A stretch of 64,000 nt of DNA, taken from Schmidtea nova (Eukaryota). Shown one piece after another: positions 1-14,026 of this stretch. The stretch lies in assembly GCA_044892505.1 (NCBI GenBank), contig CM097882.1:220844001-220908000 (forward strand). Direction: 5' to 3'. How positions within the stretch are numbered: position 1 is the stretch's first letter; each line of letters begins with the position of its first letter. A program made the position numbers and the translations under genes. The notes beneath the pieces were generated by a model. It made no database searches. It was given only the letters and a program-made list of their open reading frames with translations, and had not been told where the DNA came from.

Positions 1-276
1 TTAAATTTTAAAGTGTTATTTTAAAAGGTTCTTTGAATTTCTTTAACATCATAAATCTTGAAAATATTATACATAAATTACGACGTAAGCACACGCTTCA
101 TAGAACAATTTTTCAAAGTTTAATATAATTGCACATTGAAAAATATGTCAAATTGAACAATATTTGCAAATCATTTTATTTAAATAAGAATTTGCAATAT
201 CTATCTTCCTGGTAAAATATTTTCTGTAATAAATGTTATATAATTTTTTTACCTGGAACCCCTAAAAACAACCGAG

Positions 277-886
277 CTCTATCGTCTTAACCCGAAAATA
301 ACACCATGGTGTTGTATTTGAGTTTTTAAAAAATTTGACTTTTTAAAACATTGAATAAAAATTCAAATGTAACACCACTTTAAATATAACACCACGGTTT
401 TTTATTTAATATTTAAACATTAATATAATGCTAATTAACCAAGCATGTGTATCCCAAAATACTGATCAATTTCTATTATTTCCACAGTTTGAATTGGATT
501 TGATACTAAATATTCAAATGAAGTTTTAGTATTTGCATTTTTTATTATAATGTTCCAATTTTCTTTAATGGACACAGCAAAAATCTCGTTTTCAGATGCA
601 GGCATGTCATCATTCTGAATGTTTTCAAAATAATTAGAATCTACTAAATCAGATAATTCATGCAGAGACTGCATAAATAAAATTAATTGATTTTTATACT
701 CCTTCCAGTTATTTTCAGCTTGATTACTATATTTCTTGTGGTGTACACACATATAAAATATATTAAAAAAAGCTATTACATTTAAGTATTTTAAAACACC
801 ATGGTGTTATATTTGAATAAAACACCAGAGTGGTCTTATATTCAAACATAACACCATGGTGTTATTTTCGGGTTAAGACGGTAGTG
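277..886. mobile_element. Non-autonomous TIR DNA transposon, CACTA/EnSpm-like MITE
   Basis: ~40-bp inverted termini (CTCTATCGTCTTAACCCGAAAATAACACCATGGTGTT vs reverse complement CACTACCGTCTTAACCCGAAAATAACACCATGGTGTT). Right end reads CACTA, there is an AG dinucleotide on both flanks, and the palindrome AACACCATGGTGTT recurs subterminally. Confidence 0.6.
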
Positions 887-1837
887 AGCATTTCCGGTTT
901 TTAGCCAGTAGTCTGTTACAATGCAAAATTTTTAATAAAAATAAGGCAACTGATATTTCGGTAAAATTATTTATAAAAATAGCGATATTTTTAAAATAAG
1001 TAATAAATAACAGAGAAAATATTTATTATTCTAAATAGCAATACTTTAATGTTATTAGACATCTACTTTTAAATTTTTATTCATACGTTTGCATATTAAC
1101 ATTAATTATTACCCATTGCAATATTATAACATTGTAAGTTAGGAAGATTAAAGGCGTAGAATACCGCTTATGAAAAATAGTTTTTAGAGCAATTATTAGT
1201 CTGCTAACTATCAAATGGAATTGATCCATTAGAGGTACAATATTATTATTAACAATAGTTGAATATTTCATCTACGGGGACTACTCCTCGTATTTACAAT
1301 TAATACATGAACTATTGTTTGTAGTTTTACTTTTACAATAATATAACATTGATGAAAATTGTGGTTCTTTACTCGGGGCCGCGGACCCCAGCTGTAGGCT
1401 AGATGATGTGAATGAACCATATATAACTAGGGAAATTGTAAATTTCAGAAAATTATTCAAAGCTATCTGTATATAGCAATATACAGATATACAATATACA
1501 GTAATGCCTCGACTATCCGAGCGGTTTGAAAGCAAAATACACCAAGGTGTGTTCGGATAACAAATTATTTACTAAACTATAAAAAGAATGAAATTATAAA
1601 TCAAGCTTCAATTTATTTATTTTGTCTTTTTTTCAGCTAAATCGCGAATCTTTTTTCAATTCATCAATTTCTGATATTCAATTTCATTTTGTTGTTTTGC
1701 CATGTAATTATAAAATGAAATGCTTAAATTGCTTCCGTATCAATTGATATGTTCTTTGATTAAATAAAACAAATACACAAAACTATAACATTTTTAATCA
1801 AAAAAATAACATATATAATTGTATTTAAAACATTTAA

Positions 1838-2071
1838 CCCTTTATCGGGCAAAGGGTGTAGAACCCGTATGAAAAATTTTATATTTAAAATACTGGCTCT
1901 TGGTGACTTAAATATTCTATTTTATATATCCGCGGTGCCCTAATTAGCTTCCCTCGATAGTAGATTGGAGCCATACGTTAACATAACCCTCATTGCTGTA
2001 GAACAATAGGAACCCGAGTTTGAAGGTTTTGAAAATGATGTTACCATATGGTAACAATTCATAATAAAGGG
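1838..2071. mobile_element. piggyBac-type MITE
   Basis: TTAA|CCCTTTAT ... ATAAAGGG|TTAA: TTAA target duplication with CCC/GGG termini. Subterminal palindrome GTTACCATATGGTAAC. Confidence 0.75.
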
Positions 2072-3828
2072 TTAAAAATAATTAAAAAACATTTTTTGGA
2101 TAATCAAGATATTACTTTATTTTCAAAAATAATTCCACGAAATTTTTCATTTAAAATTCTTTTACATCTTTATGATTATTATGCGATGCAATGTCATGTT
2201 TTAAGTTTATTTAATAAATAAATAAATGAATTTATGTTTTTATAGTAAAATAATAAAATAATCGTATTTTTAAAGTTGAGGTTTCAGAATTCACGCTGGT
2301 GACATTAAAAAGTTTCCACGACCGAAAGTATCGAGCTGCTCCAGGCTTTAAATAAATTCTATTGCCTATTTCAAATTTGGATATTAGCGCTTGTGCAGAG
2401 TGTTCAATTGAAAAAAAAGTGTTTTATTTATAATATTAAATAATTAATTAATACTAATACCAAGAAACCACCATATGATATTTATAATAATACTACACTT
2501 AATACTTTTCTCTTGAGTAATAAGAAAATAAACTGTTGTTTGATGCAAATTATAACGCTTACTCAATTTCTTTAAAATTTGACATATTTCACTTTAAAAA
2601 TAAACGGCTCATTTTAATAAATAGACAAAACTTAATTTTTTTTAAATGTTGTCCCCGACAGACATACATACAAAGGGTATTACTATATTAGAAGTGAAGA
2701 TATGTTATTTAGATAATTTTTTATTAAATTTTAAAAAAGTTTAAAAGTGAAGAATCAAAGCATTTTAAAAGATGAAAACTATTATTGCCGCGAGCGGAAT
2801 AATGATTCCTCACAGCAAATTTGTAGAGTTTTGATAGTGAAAAATTTAAACTGTGAAAATATTTTAGTTAAGTAAAATTTTGTAGTTTATTATATCTAAA
2901 TTTACCTGCAAAATTAGTTTTTTTTTAACAATTTTTGCAGTGTACTATTTCTAATTACATATCTTCAACAAGATTAACATTTTACGCGCAAATTAAAATC
3001 CTAAAGATTTATTTTTGGCAATATTTTTACAATTTCTTCAAATTAAACTGACTATAAATTTTTAAATAAAGAAATATTTCTTCTAAATTTTTAAAGATTC
3101 AAGTTTTTAAAAATTAATATTAAATTCAGATGCAATCACAAAATTTAATTTTTTTACATATTTATACACACAAACATATTCATTCATTAACTTCGTGATT
3201 ATTATCAAAATAATCTTTTGGTTTCATCTTTGATCTTTCATTAATTCGATTATTTTCATATTAATATTTGTAAAACTATAGATCAAAATTATATTTTTGG
3301 TTGTTATGTACACAATATTTCAACAAAGCATTTATCAAGTCTGTATATATAAAACAAATTTGATCCATAGAATTTGTAGAATTAATCATTATTGTTAAAT
3401 TTTATATTCAATTAAAATTTCTAAAAAAAAAATTATTTATGGAGTTTAAACTAAATAGATTAAGTGGTTTATGGTAATAATTAAAGAGATATAGTAGATT
3501 TTAAACATTGATATTTCTTCTAAAACATTTGGACTAAATTGAATTTTAAGTGATTTATTATTAATATATTATTATTATTAATAAAATAAAATTTATTATT
3601 AATAAAATTTATTATTAATAAAGTACACACTTGATAAAGGCTGTGCCGAAATATTGTGTACTTGTTTAAAGAAATTTTGATCTATAGTCATTATTGGAAT
3701 TATTGATAATAATATTAATATATATTATTTATATTAAATATAATTTATTATTTAATTAAAAAATATTTATAAAATTATATAACATTATACTTTTCAAAAC
3801 ATATGATTTAAATTAATATTTATTCTAG

Positions 3829-3997
3829 ACCGAAAACGGTCAACCAATCGAGCATGACGACACAGGTCGAATATTAATTCGTTCAAGAACTGATAAAGAG
3901 TTACACAAACGATTAAGAGATTTGGATAATCATTTTATACAGGACGCTCGTTTGGGCTTACGTTATTGGCTGATTGATCCGCCCAAGCCAACTAAAT
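3829..3997 (+). CDS. Probable internal exon of a host gene, product unknown (TENGQPIEHDDTGRILIRSRTDKELHKRLRDLDNHFIQDARLGLRYWLIDPPKPTK)
   Basis: GC-elevated 169-bp island between acceptor tattctag| and donor |gtaagt, with one frame open throughout. Confidence 0.55.
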
Positions 3998-4606
3998 GTA
4001 AGTTAGGCCATTTTCTTTGAAAATTTTACAGAAATATAATTTATTATTAACATTTAATTTGTGAAATTTAGACAAACTTAAACTTTTTATTTACTAAATA
4101 TTATTTAATACTTTTCAACTGATAAAACAGTGTCAAGGAAATTGGTCTATTTTTGATCTATTATTTGAAAATATGAAGCTTGAAAAAGATCAAATTTGAA
4201 GGTTAAAAATTCCAATGTCAAGATTGATTGCAATTAACCATATATTCACAAATTTAATAGAAAAATATATTGAAATCATAAATTTGTTTATTCTTTCAAA
4301 TTTTCAATAGATTCTGTGTCACTAAATTCTTTCAATTTTTTACTTTTGATCTATTTTCATTTAAAATCTTTTCTTTTTTAATTTCAGACAATAGATAAAT
4401 ATTTAGTTTGATATTTAACACAAATCTTTAGTAGAACCTTTCTCAAGTATTTGTTTTATTCAATTTAATTAATTTTAAAGTTAATATTTTAACATTCACA
4501 GCCAGGTACAGGATAACTTGAACATCAGCTCATTGTTGTTACACAAACCCTTGCTATGTTTCTTATTTTGAAGTCTATAAAAATGACGCCATGAGCTCGG
4601 TATGGT

Positions 4607-4608
<2 letters not shown>

Positions 4609-4669
<61 letters not shown>
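4609..4669. repeat. (TA)n microsatellite; similar tracts at ~10720-10766 and ~16114-16162
   Basis: Direct reading. Confidence 0.95.
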
Positions 4670-4672
<3 letters not shown>

Positions 4673-6468
4673 TCATACCACGGCTAACGTTGCCTCGCGC
4701 AAAATTCTTTCGCTGTAACGTCGGTCTACCATTATAATCATACCTCACTGTAACGTCGTGTTGCTTCACTGTAAAGTTGTTTTTTTAAAATCATTTTTCT
4801 ATAATTCTTAGCAGGCGGTGTTATTTGAAAATTTGTTTTTGTACATAGTTTTCATTAGCTTCCCACTGTTGAAGTTTTTGTTTTAATTATTGTTTGTGCA
4901 TAAATGATTTAGCTAGATGTTCCATATATTTTGCTAAATTTTAAATATTTTATTGTTACTTGTAAGTAAAGTATATTTGTTTGTTCAAGTAAGTATATAT
5001 ATTTTCTATAAGTATATTTTGTCGCCACTTTTCAATTTTGTATTTTATTGCCAGTAATATTCACAAAAACAGTTTCGAGATTTTTCGTTGGTTTTCTGAA
5101 TGAGGAAGTTGTTTTTAAAAAGAAAAAAAATTAAATTTTTGACAAATGAATTTTTAAACATACGTATGCAATATGTATGTGATTGTATGCATATTATTTT
5201 TATTTGTTTTTTATATATTTGAAAATATACATTTTTTTCTATGAAATTTTGCTTAAAAATTATTTACATTTTAGTAGGGACCCACTGTACAACCCTATAC
5301 GTGAAATAATTAAAATCCATGTGTTGTAAATTTTTTTCTCTTTCTTTTATAATAACTACCCCCCCCTCCACAACGTTGTTTCACCTCTTGTCTTGCAAAT
5401 ATTAACTAATATTTACCACTGGCTCCGGCTTCCTATTAGCCAATTAACTTTTTATTAATTTATTAATTCTTTTCTTCTGGGACACCCTATCAAATTTATT
5501 TTACCATTTTTGGATTCGTCTCATTATTTATCATACACCAATAGCGTCTTCCCCGCTAAATTTATATTTTTAAGTTTTAATTATTTTTATGGTTCAATTA
5601 TTACTTTTAAAATGTTTATCTTTTTATTGATTTTTATCAGGTTTTTGTGCTTTTTCATTTTTGATTGAGCTTATTTTAATAAACCCCACCAATACTAAAA
5701 AAAATATAAATAAAAATATAAATAAAAAAATATAAAATATTATTTTTTATTTTATATATAACAGAAATTTAAATACAATCTTAGGCAAGTATGTATTCGA
5801 ATCACATATAATGCAAGGGAATATCCGTATAAACGCCCAATGAATCATATGTGATGCATGAACAGTAAAAGTGTTAATAATTCACTTTCACTAATGATTT
5901 CTCTCTGACATGAATTAGAACAATATACTATTTTATTAATTTTAATATTTGATTCTCTTTAAAATAATAATACAGATATTTTTAAACTATTTCTAACTAA
6001 AAATAATAAATATTTTCAATAAATTAAAATTAATTTTATTATTACCACAAATACACATAATAAAACAGTGAAAGTTATTTAGAATTTGTAATCAATTATT
6101 CAACAAAAACGGAAAAGTTAAATGGAAAGTTTTATGGAAAACGGTTAAAGGAAATTTAAATAAATATTTGCATACCTTAAAAAATTTCAATACCATAAAT
6201 TGTATTTATCCAATAATTTATTGCTTACTCAAAAATTTTCTCTTAAGCGTAAAATAATTTTTAAATGGACTTCAAATTCACCTGATTTCTTAATTACCGA
6301 TATTGGTTGTGAAATATTTATTATTTCTATTCATTGTCACGCTCTATTTAACTTTTTACTTTTCAGTGCACTTACCGTTAAAAAATGACAGAAAATAACA
6401 GCAGAATAAGATAAAAAAATTAATTAACAGAAGAAAATAAAATAAAGTTTTCTATCATTCAACCCTTT

Positions 6469-7035
6469 GAGTAGAAAGATATGAGCTATCTAGATCCGTA
6501 TGAGTTATCGCGCGATTTTGTCGTCATTTTGAATTTGTGTTTTATTTTAATTTTTGGATTTTTTATTTATTTTTTAATTAATTAAATTATAATTTATTTA
6601 TTTATTATTTAATATTTATTATTTCTTTATTATTCATTTCTTTATTATTTCTTATTTACATTTCTTTACCTTTCCTTTTTTTTTATTTATTGCTTATTTA
6701 TTATTTTTTTAATTTTTAATTTTTTTCTTTTTTATTACCGTTTAATGATAATTTATATTTCTTAAATTTACTTTATTTCTTAAGACAATATTATTTTATT
6801 TTTTTTTATGTTTTTTTGTTAAATATAATTTTATATACCATACCAATTTCATTTTATTTAATTACCTTATCAATAACATTTTTTGTTTCCTCATAGTATT
6901 TTTTTAGTATTTCCTGTTATTATTTTTATATTAATTTCGGTATTTTCTTTTTATTTAAATATTATTTAATTTCATTATTTATTTAAATTGTATTTAATAA
7001 TTCTATTCATTACATTTTCATTTCTATTTATTTTT
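6469..7035 (+). repeat. Left arm of a diverged ~550-bp inverted repeat pair
   Basis: gatccgtatgagttat...cattttgaattt and the following T-rich block are the reverse complement of 8222-8744. Confidence 0.75.
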
Positions 7036-8221
7036 GTGAAATACAAATATATATAAAATCTAATTTTGTGATTCGAAAATTTATGTTACAGTCTGGTCAG
7101 TATTAAATATTTAGTTCATTTTGAATGCTGTAAACTCTTCCTTTATAAATTTATTATAATTTATATTGTCGTTATTTTCTTGGATTCAAATCTTTTATAA
7201 TCAAGTTGCATGTGTATTAGTGAACAGAATAAAAAATCTGTAAATTATCGATAAAGTTTGGTATGGATCAATGCTAAAATATGAAGAATCATCAGTACTT
7301 GAAAGAAATTCAATAAGTTTTTAACGAATTATTAAGATAATAAAACGATTTATTCTTTGAATAATTATCATTTTGATGAGGTTTATTGTTACTCACTACA
7401 ATGTCTTTAGAAAACAATGTAAAGTATTCAATATATACTGGTAAAACTATAGTAATGAATGTTGATGAAATTTATAGATAAAATTATTATCACAGGATAT
7501 TTCTATGTATTCTTTTCAGTTTTAACAAATGTTAATCCATTATTACATTTTTGCCAATAAGCTATTTTGGAAATTATATTAAAGATTATAAAACTATCAA
7601 CTTTTAAAAAATTATTTAACAAAGTTTTCTTTTATTTGGAATAGTTTATGAAAGAATATTTATAATTTGGTATGAAGTGATCATTTAATAAAGAAATTTA
7701 AGTAAAGAAATTATAAAATTTTATTTTTTTATTATTATTTAACATAATAAATTTATAATAACAATTACATGGTATTTTAGAAACCAGGTTACAGTAAAAT
7801 GCATAAATTTTACGATACCGACAAGGATGAATAATTAAATTAATGCATAAAGTATATAAAAATGTTTCATATTTTTACATGAATATTTGATAATAAATTC
7901 GTTTGAATAAAGTAGTAATTTAATTCATTTTAACAGTGTAAAGATTTGAAATATCTTTTATAATAATATCTGAGTATTATGATCAAAGGATACTTTAAAT
8001 TATTCAGTTAATGATCTGTTATTGTCAGGAAAATGTGGTAAAAAAGAAATGAAAGAGAAAAACACTAAAAACAATGCAAATAATGGAATTATATGATTTC
8101 AATTACCAGGACACAGAAATTTCGCATTAAATTATTATTTTATCCGTCACTCATTGAATAATAATATTAATAATAAAAATAAAGAAATATTAATTATTAT
8201 AAAGAAAGATAATAAAAATGA

Positions 8222-8744
8222 ATAAAAATAAATAGAAATGATAATATAATGAATACAATTATTAAATACAATTTAAATAAATAATGAAATAAAATAATAT
8301 TTAAATAAAAATAAAATAATGAAATTAATATAAAAATAATAATAGGAAATACTAAGAAAAAAACTAAGAGGAAACAAAAAAATGTAATTGATAAGGTAAA
8401 TAAATAAAATGAAATTGGTATAGTATATAAAAAATAAAATAATACTGTCTTAAAAATAAGATAATCAAAAAAAATAAATAGAAATTAGCATTAAAAGTTA
8501 ATNNNNNNNNNNNNNNNNNNNNNNNNNNNNNNNNNNNNNNNNNNNNNNNNNNNNNNNNNNNNNNNNNNNNNNNNNNNNNNNNNNNNNNNNNNNNNNNNNN
8601 NNNNNNNNNNNNNNNNNNNNNNNNNNNNNNNNNNNNNNNNNNNNNNNNNNNAATCCAAAAAGTAACACAAAACAAAAATTCAAAATGGCGCCAAAAAAGG
8701 CGCTATAACTCATACGGATCCAGATTGTTCATATCCTCCTACTC
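8222..8744 (-). repeat. Right arm of the inverted repeat pair, interrupted by an assembly gap
   Basis: ataactcatacggatc, and ataaggtaaataaataaaatgaaattggtat matching ataccaatttcattttatttaattaccttat in the left arm. Confidence 0.75.
8503..8651. other. Assembly gap (N run)
   Basis: 149 N bases. Confidence 1.
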
Positions 8745-9199
8745 CTTTGAACTCGGAATCCTACTTTATCTCATTTGCTTAAATTCTGAAATGTTTGGTT
8801 TATTAATTAATTTAATAAATCTATACGATATTATTTGTTGCTCTCAAAACTATAAATTTTTACTCATATATTATTAGGAGGATACCCAAAAATAAATAAT
8901 AATTAGATTAATAATGATATAAAATAAATAGAAAGCATAATCATTTAAGCAACAAGATTACGTTTATATAGAATAGTTACGTTAAATTAATTCATGAATT
9001 AATTATATAAATTTTAATATATTCTTTTAAAATAAAATAATTAATTGCATAATTTTATATATTTTTTCATTATTTTCACCCCTACCCTACAATTAGACAT
9101 GATTATCGATAGATTTATCTACTTCTAATAAAGTTCCCGGCTCCACACATTTACCTACTTGCCTAGAAATAAAAATTTGAAATTTAGTAATTGGGGCAA

Positions 9200-10028
9200 A
9201 ACAATTACCCCACCTTTTGTTTTTTACGCCGAATTTGAGGCAATCTTACCTACTGATGATAAGTACTTTTAGAAACATGTCCCAATCTCTGCCGGTCTAT
9301 TATTTGTAAATAATTTCACTGGAGAAAAGATTTACAAGAGTTTCTTAGGTCTTGATTGCGTGACTAATTTTCTTACTGAAATTAGTGATATTTCTGAAAC
9401 TATTGTTTATCCTTTTGATAAAACTGTACTGGATTTATCTAAACTTAGGATGTATCAACTCTAGAATGAAGAATTACAAAAATATCGTAATGAATTCAAC
9501 TGTGAGATTGGTATAGTCGCTGGTGATACATATTCTTTCTTCTTGGAAGTTAAGAATTGTAAGTTGGATATTCTTTTGTCTGCTATGGTTAGGGAAAAGT
9601 TATTGGATAATTCGAATTATGACCCAAATCATACCTCTTACTCGAAAAACCTAGATTCCGTCATTGGTAAATTCAAAGACGAGAATAAAGGATTCAAGTA
9701 TAATGAGTGGGTATTTCTTAGGCCAAAGTGTTTAAGTCTTTTAGGGGATAAAGAGAGCATTAATGCTAAGGGTACTGACTTGAAGCATCAGTCGAACCTG
9801 AATTGTTATAATAATAATTTAATAGTTTCTGTTGATCGGTCGAGAATAGTTAGTAAGAATCATCAACTATTTACTAATAAATCTTCTAAGATTGCCTTGA
9901 CTAATATTGATGACAAAAGACTTTGGGCTGGACAAAATATTAGTCTGGCTTATGGACATTATAAGGGAATTGGTGTGGTTATGGGTGTATGTGAAGATGC
10001 TGCTGAATTCGATGAAGAATTTGCGTGA
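9200..10028 (+). pseudogene. Protein-primed family-B DNA polymerase remnant (Polinton/Maverick-adintovirus type)
   Basis: Motifs FYAEFEAIL, IGKFKDE, EWVFLRPK, KIALTNIDDKR and SLAYGHY match the Polinton polB pattern. Interrupted and internally deleted. Confidence 0.7.
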
Positions 10029-10715
10029 AGATCAGAAGATTTATTTAAATAAAGATTTATTTTTAAAATACTTTGTGTTATTTGTTGTTCTTTATAGTTT
10101 ATATGACATTTTTATTGTTAAACGCTAAATTCTGATTATTTTGATGTAAAAGTTATTGATTTCTGACCATTTTTACCTAAGTAAAGTTTTTTCGTGTAAA
10201 ATTGATCGGAGGAGACAAAGTTTTCATATCTTAACTATTTGACCCGTTTTTGTTCGCTATCCAATTCTCAGTAGATTGGTATAAAATTTATTGAATTCCG
10301 AACATTTTTGAAATTTTTGGGACAAATGTTGAAAAAATTAATTAAATTAATATTTTTTTGTAAAAATTTTGAAAAAATAAATAAAAATTATTAAATTTTA
10401 GTATTACATCATCATTTACGTAAGAAATAAACATTTATCTAATTTTTATGTATTATGGAGGAATCACATAATATGTCAAGTGTTATGTAATATTCAAGTA
10501 ATTGTAACATGACACATAATTTTATGATTTTATATTTGGATTTGTCATCCTACGGCATTCACCAATATCATTTTCTTCGGTAAAATATTTATTTTTAATT
10601 TTTCCAGATTTTTAATTGATTTTGTACTTTAATTATTGCATTTTGAATTTTGATGTTTTCAATGATTTGAAATAATTTTTATGCATTTTATTTTATTTCT
10701 TTTTATGTTAAACCC

Positions 10716-10770
<55 letters not shown>

Positions 10771-12872
10771 CTTTAACCTAATCTGATTGAATAAAATTTC
10801 TATGTAAAATACTACGTTATCTATAAAAGTTCACCGCCAGACTTTCATTTTCTTTACTCTGAAATCATATCTAATGGTAAAAGCTCTGACATCTACAGTA
10901 GACATCCATTCTAAAGTTCAGCGTTGGATCAACTCAAAAACACAGAAATTCTTGACTGCTGAATCGATATGCTTCCTGATACATGGACGAGGTTTGTAAA
11001 TAATTATGGCAACATTCTGAATATTTGAATAATAAGGAAGATAAATAGAAAAAACGTTTTTGATGCACATTTTTTCACTATACCATTGTTTGGGAAAATC
11101 ATTTCTGGAGATCCTATATTAGTGTGACCTAGAAATTATTTTAAGATTTTATTTAAGAATATATGATTTTAATTCATTATGTCTAATTTCATATTTTATT
11201 TATTAAAAATTCAATATAAATTTAGATTAAATCTTGCATTTATTGTCAATTATATATTTGTCTCACAAATAAATTGATAATAATTAAATTAAAAATTTCA
11301 TACGTTACATAAAACTAAAACAGTATTAAATGAACAAATAACGCTAATAAATTTCATATAAGAAAATAAATAATAAAAAAATAAAAAAATAAAAAGATTT
11401 ATATATATATATATATATAAATATATATTTATTCCAATTCAAGATTATAATTTATGTGGATTACAAGTTGTGTATAAATTTTTCATTACAACTAACAAAA
11501 GGGAAATTATATGAATTCTTAGAGAAAGTGTCAAATTTATTGACCAACTTCAGTTTCGAACGAGAATATTTTATCTGCAATTTGATGATAAATTAGATAA
11601 TGAAATAGATTTTGACTCGATGACAGAGCATTAAATAACTCTTAAAAAGCAATTTCTAAAACTCTAGTTTGGTGCAATTATAGAAATCTATAAAAAATAT
11701 CCTGTCGTAAATTCTGATATTTAAAACCGGTTTACGAAATCAAATTTGAGCAACTAAAATAATATTTTTTTTGTGAAATTTATTGCTAAGTCTGCTGTTT
11801 AGAAACATAAATTAAATTAAAAAAAAGATGTAATGACAAAATTTGGAAAGTACAATTGAAAATTTACTTTCATATAAATGTTTGATAAAAGATTTTTAAT
11901 ATTTTTTTTATTTAGTTGGACATTATGCTACCGGTGCAAAATATACTTATTATGGCCTTGGTAATGCACCAAGAACTTAATGGAATCTGGGTATTTTAAT
12001 AAAAATGTTATTTAAAAATAAATTTTAAAATTAACTTACATCATTTTGAAATAATTGCGTTTTTGTTAGAATATATAATAAATGAATATTTTGGTTTTCA
12101 TTTTGTTATAATTTTGTATGATAATCGAGTATTTTTTTACTTTTTGTTTAAATAAAGCTTTGCACAATAAAAATACTGCTACCATTATCATGGTCTGAAA
12201 TAACAGTAAATGTTAAAAAGTAGAATATCTATTTTTTATGTAAATAATTTTAAAATATAAAATTCATAATATTGAATTCTCAAAATAAATTTGTTTTAAT
12301 AATCTTAGATTTTTAAATTTTTAAATTTCAAAAATGTGTTATTAAAATAAATATCTATAAGAAATGAATGCTAGTTTATTTAATAATCTACTTAAGAAAA
12401 ACTAATGAAAAAAATTTTAGGTAAATATAAAATAATAAATTATAATAATATTCTAACATGGCCGGTTTTGCGTTTTGAGGAGAACAATTTAATTTTATAT
12501 GAAGGAGCTTACGCAATAAGGTAAAACGAACGCCCTATTTAAGCGATATCCTATGCTACCTTGTTGACCGGTAATTAATATAACCAAAAATTTTATTTTT
12601 CCCTAATTTAAGTTTCAAAATTTCTGTAGTATTTATTTTAAAAATGATATAAAATAATTTTTTACGCAAAGCTTTTTTTTTACAGTCATCCGACAAATAT
12701 TTTTAAACAGATATTTCTAGTTATTGAAATAATAAATAAAGCTAAGGTAGTCGGATGCGCTTGCAAACAGTTTCTTTGTTAAACTATTAGTGTGCAGAGA
12801 TAAATATGATGTTCATACGCTTTGTTTGCAAGAGTACAGATTGTCTGTAAAACCTTTCATATTCAACTGATG

Positions 12873-13604
12873 CAGAGCCGTCTCAAACCTTTCGTAGGCC
12901 CTAGGCACATTACAATATATATATAATGAAAAACAAATTAGTACACCAAAATTATTTTATGAACAGTGTTATTTGGATTTTCAACATTGTATTGGAGATA
13001 AATCTTTATCCAACGAAGAAGCAATATGTAAAGCTTAAGAATTAGTCAACACATATTCATCAGATTTGGAAGAAGAATTTGTAGATGAGTTTATAATGTT
13101 TTTCTTCAATGTATAAAGATAAGAAATCTGTAGCAGATTTAATGAAATCACAAATCCAAGACAAATTACAGACAAGTTTTCCAAATGTAAATATTGCATT
13201 TCGAATTTATCTGTATTATTGGAGTAAATGCAGAAGGAGAACGATCATTTTCAAAGTTGAAGCATATAAAAAATTATATTCGTTCATCTATGAATCAAGA
13301 TCGCCTCTCATCATTGGCTGTTCTTTGCATTGAGAGTAATCTTACTCGTGATATGAATTTTGACTACATTATTGAAGATTTTGCCAAAGGAAAATGGCGA
13401 AAATAAATTATTATTTAAAAATTTTCAGTTCCGTTTTTATATTTGAAATTATTTATTTTCGTTTTTTTATATTTGAATTTATTTAATTTCTTTTTTTAAC
13501 TAAAATTATTTTGTTTTTCTTTGTATATATATGTATGTATTTTATTTTTTCTTCGTAGGCCATAGGAACGGTGCCTATGGTGCCTATTGGATAAGACGGC
13601 TTTG
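12873..13604 (+). mobile_element. hAT deletion derivative retaining the transposase C-terminal dimerisation domain
   Basis: TIRs CAGAGCCGTCT / AGACGGCTTTG, perfect 8-bp TSD AACTGATG (12865-12872 and 13605-13612), and ERSFSKLKHIKNYIRSSMNQDRLSSLAVL at 13194-13406. Confidence 0.92.
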
Positions 13605-13695
13605 AACTGATGTGATATACAATTGTACCAGGAAAAGTGTTTAATAAATTATTTCAACTTATCTGACAAGAAGAGCAGTCTTTGCGTCTCCTTCA

Positions 13696-13737
13696 TAGCA
13701 CTGATGAGAGCCAAAAGCTCGAAACTAGTTTAATATT
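13696..13737 (+). ncRNA. Degenerate minimal hammerhead ribozyme motif
   Basis: CTGATGA-GAGC-caaaa-GCTC-GAAAC-TA-GTT: intact core, stem II and palindromic stem III, but stem I pairing is poor. Confidence 0.45.
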
Positions 13738-14026
13738 GGGGTTTTACTATGCTTATCACAAAGCTTTACTTTTTTGAAAATGTAAATGATTTAATTTTCA
13801 GTAATTTGGGTCTTTCACTTTTGAATTCAGAATATTTTTCTAACGGGGATTTTAGAACAGTGTTTATAATTTCATCACAATTTTATTCTCCATTGATATA
13901 ATACGACTAAATACTATAAAAATTCTTTCTAAGAAGTGAATGAAACTTTAACATTTCGTCTGAAAAAAACAGTTCATTACAGCTTAAAGATAGTTTTATT
14001 GAAAATGCATAAAAATAAAATAAACA

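Noticed and set aside
4575-8713. ORFs 4575-4769, 8364-8675 and 8498-8713
   Set aside because: Artefacts of a (TA)n tract and the N gap.
10810-11015. GC-elevated island that might be an exon
   Set aside because: No open frame with convincing splice sites on either strand.
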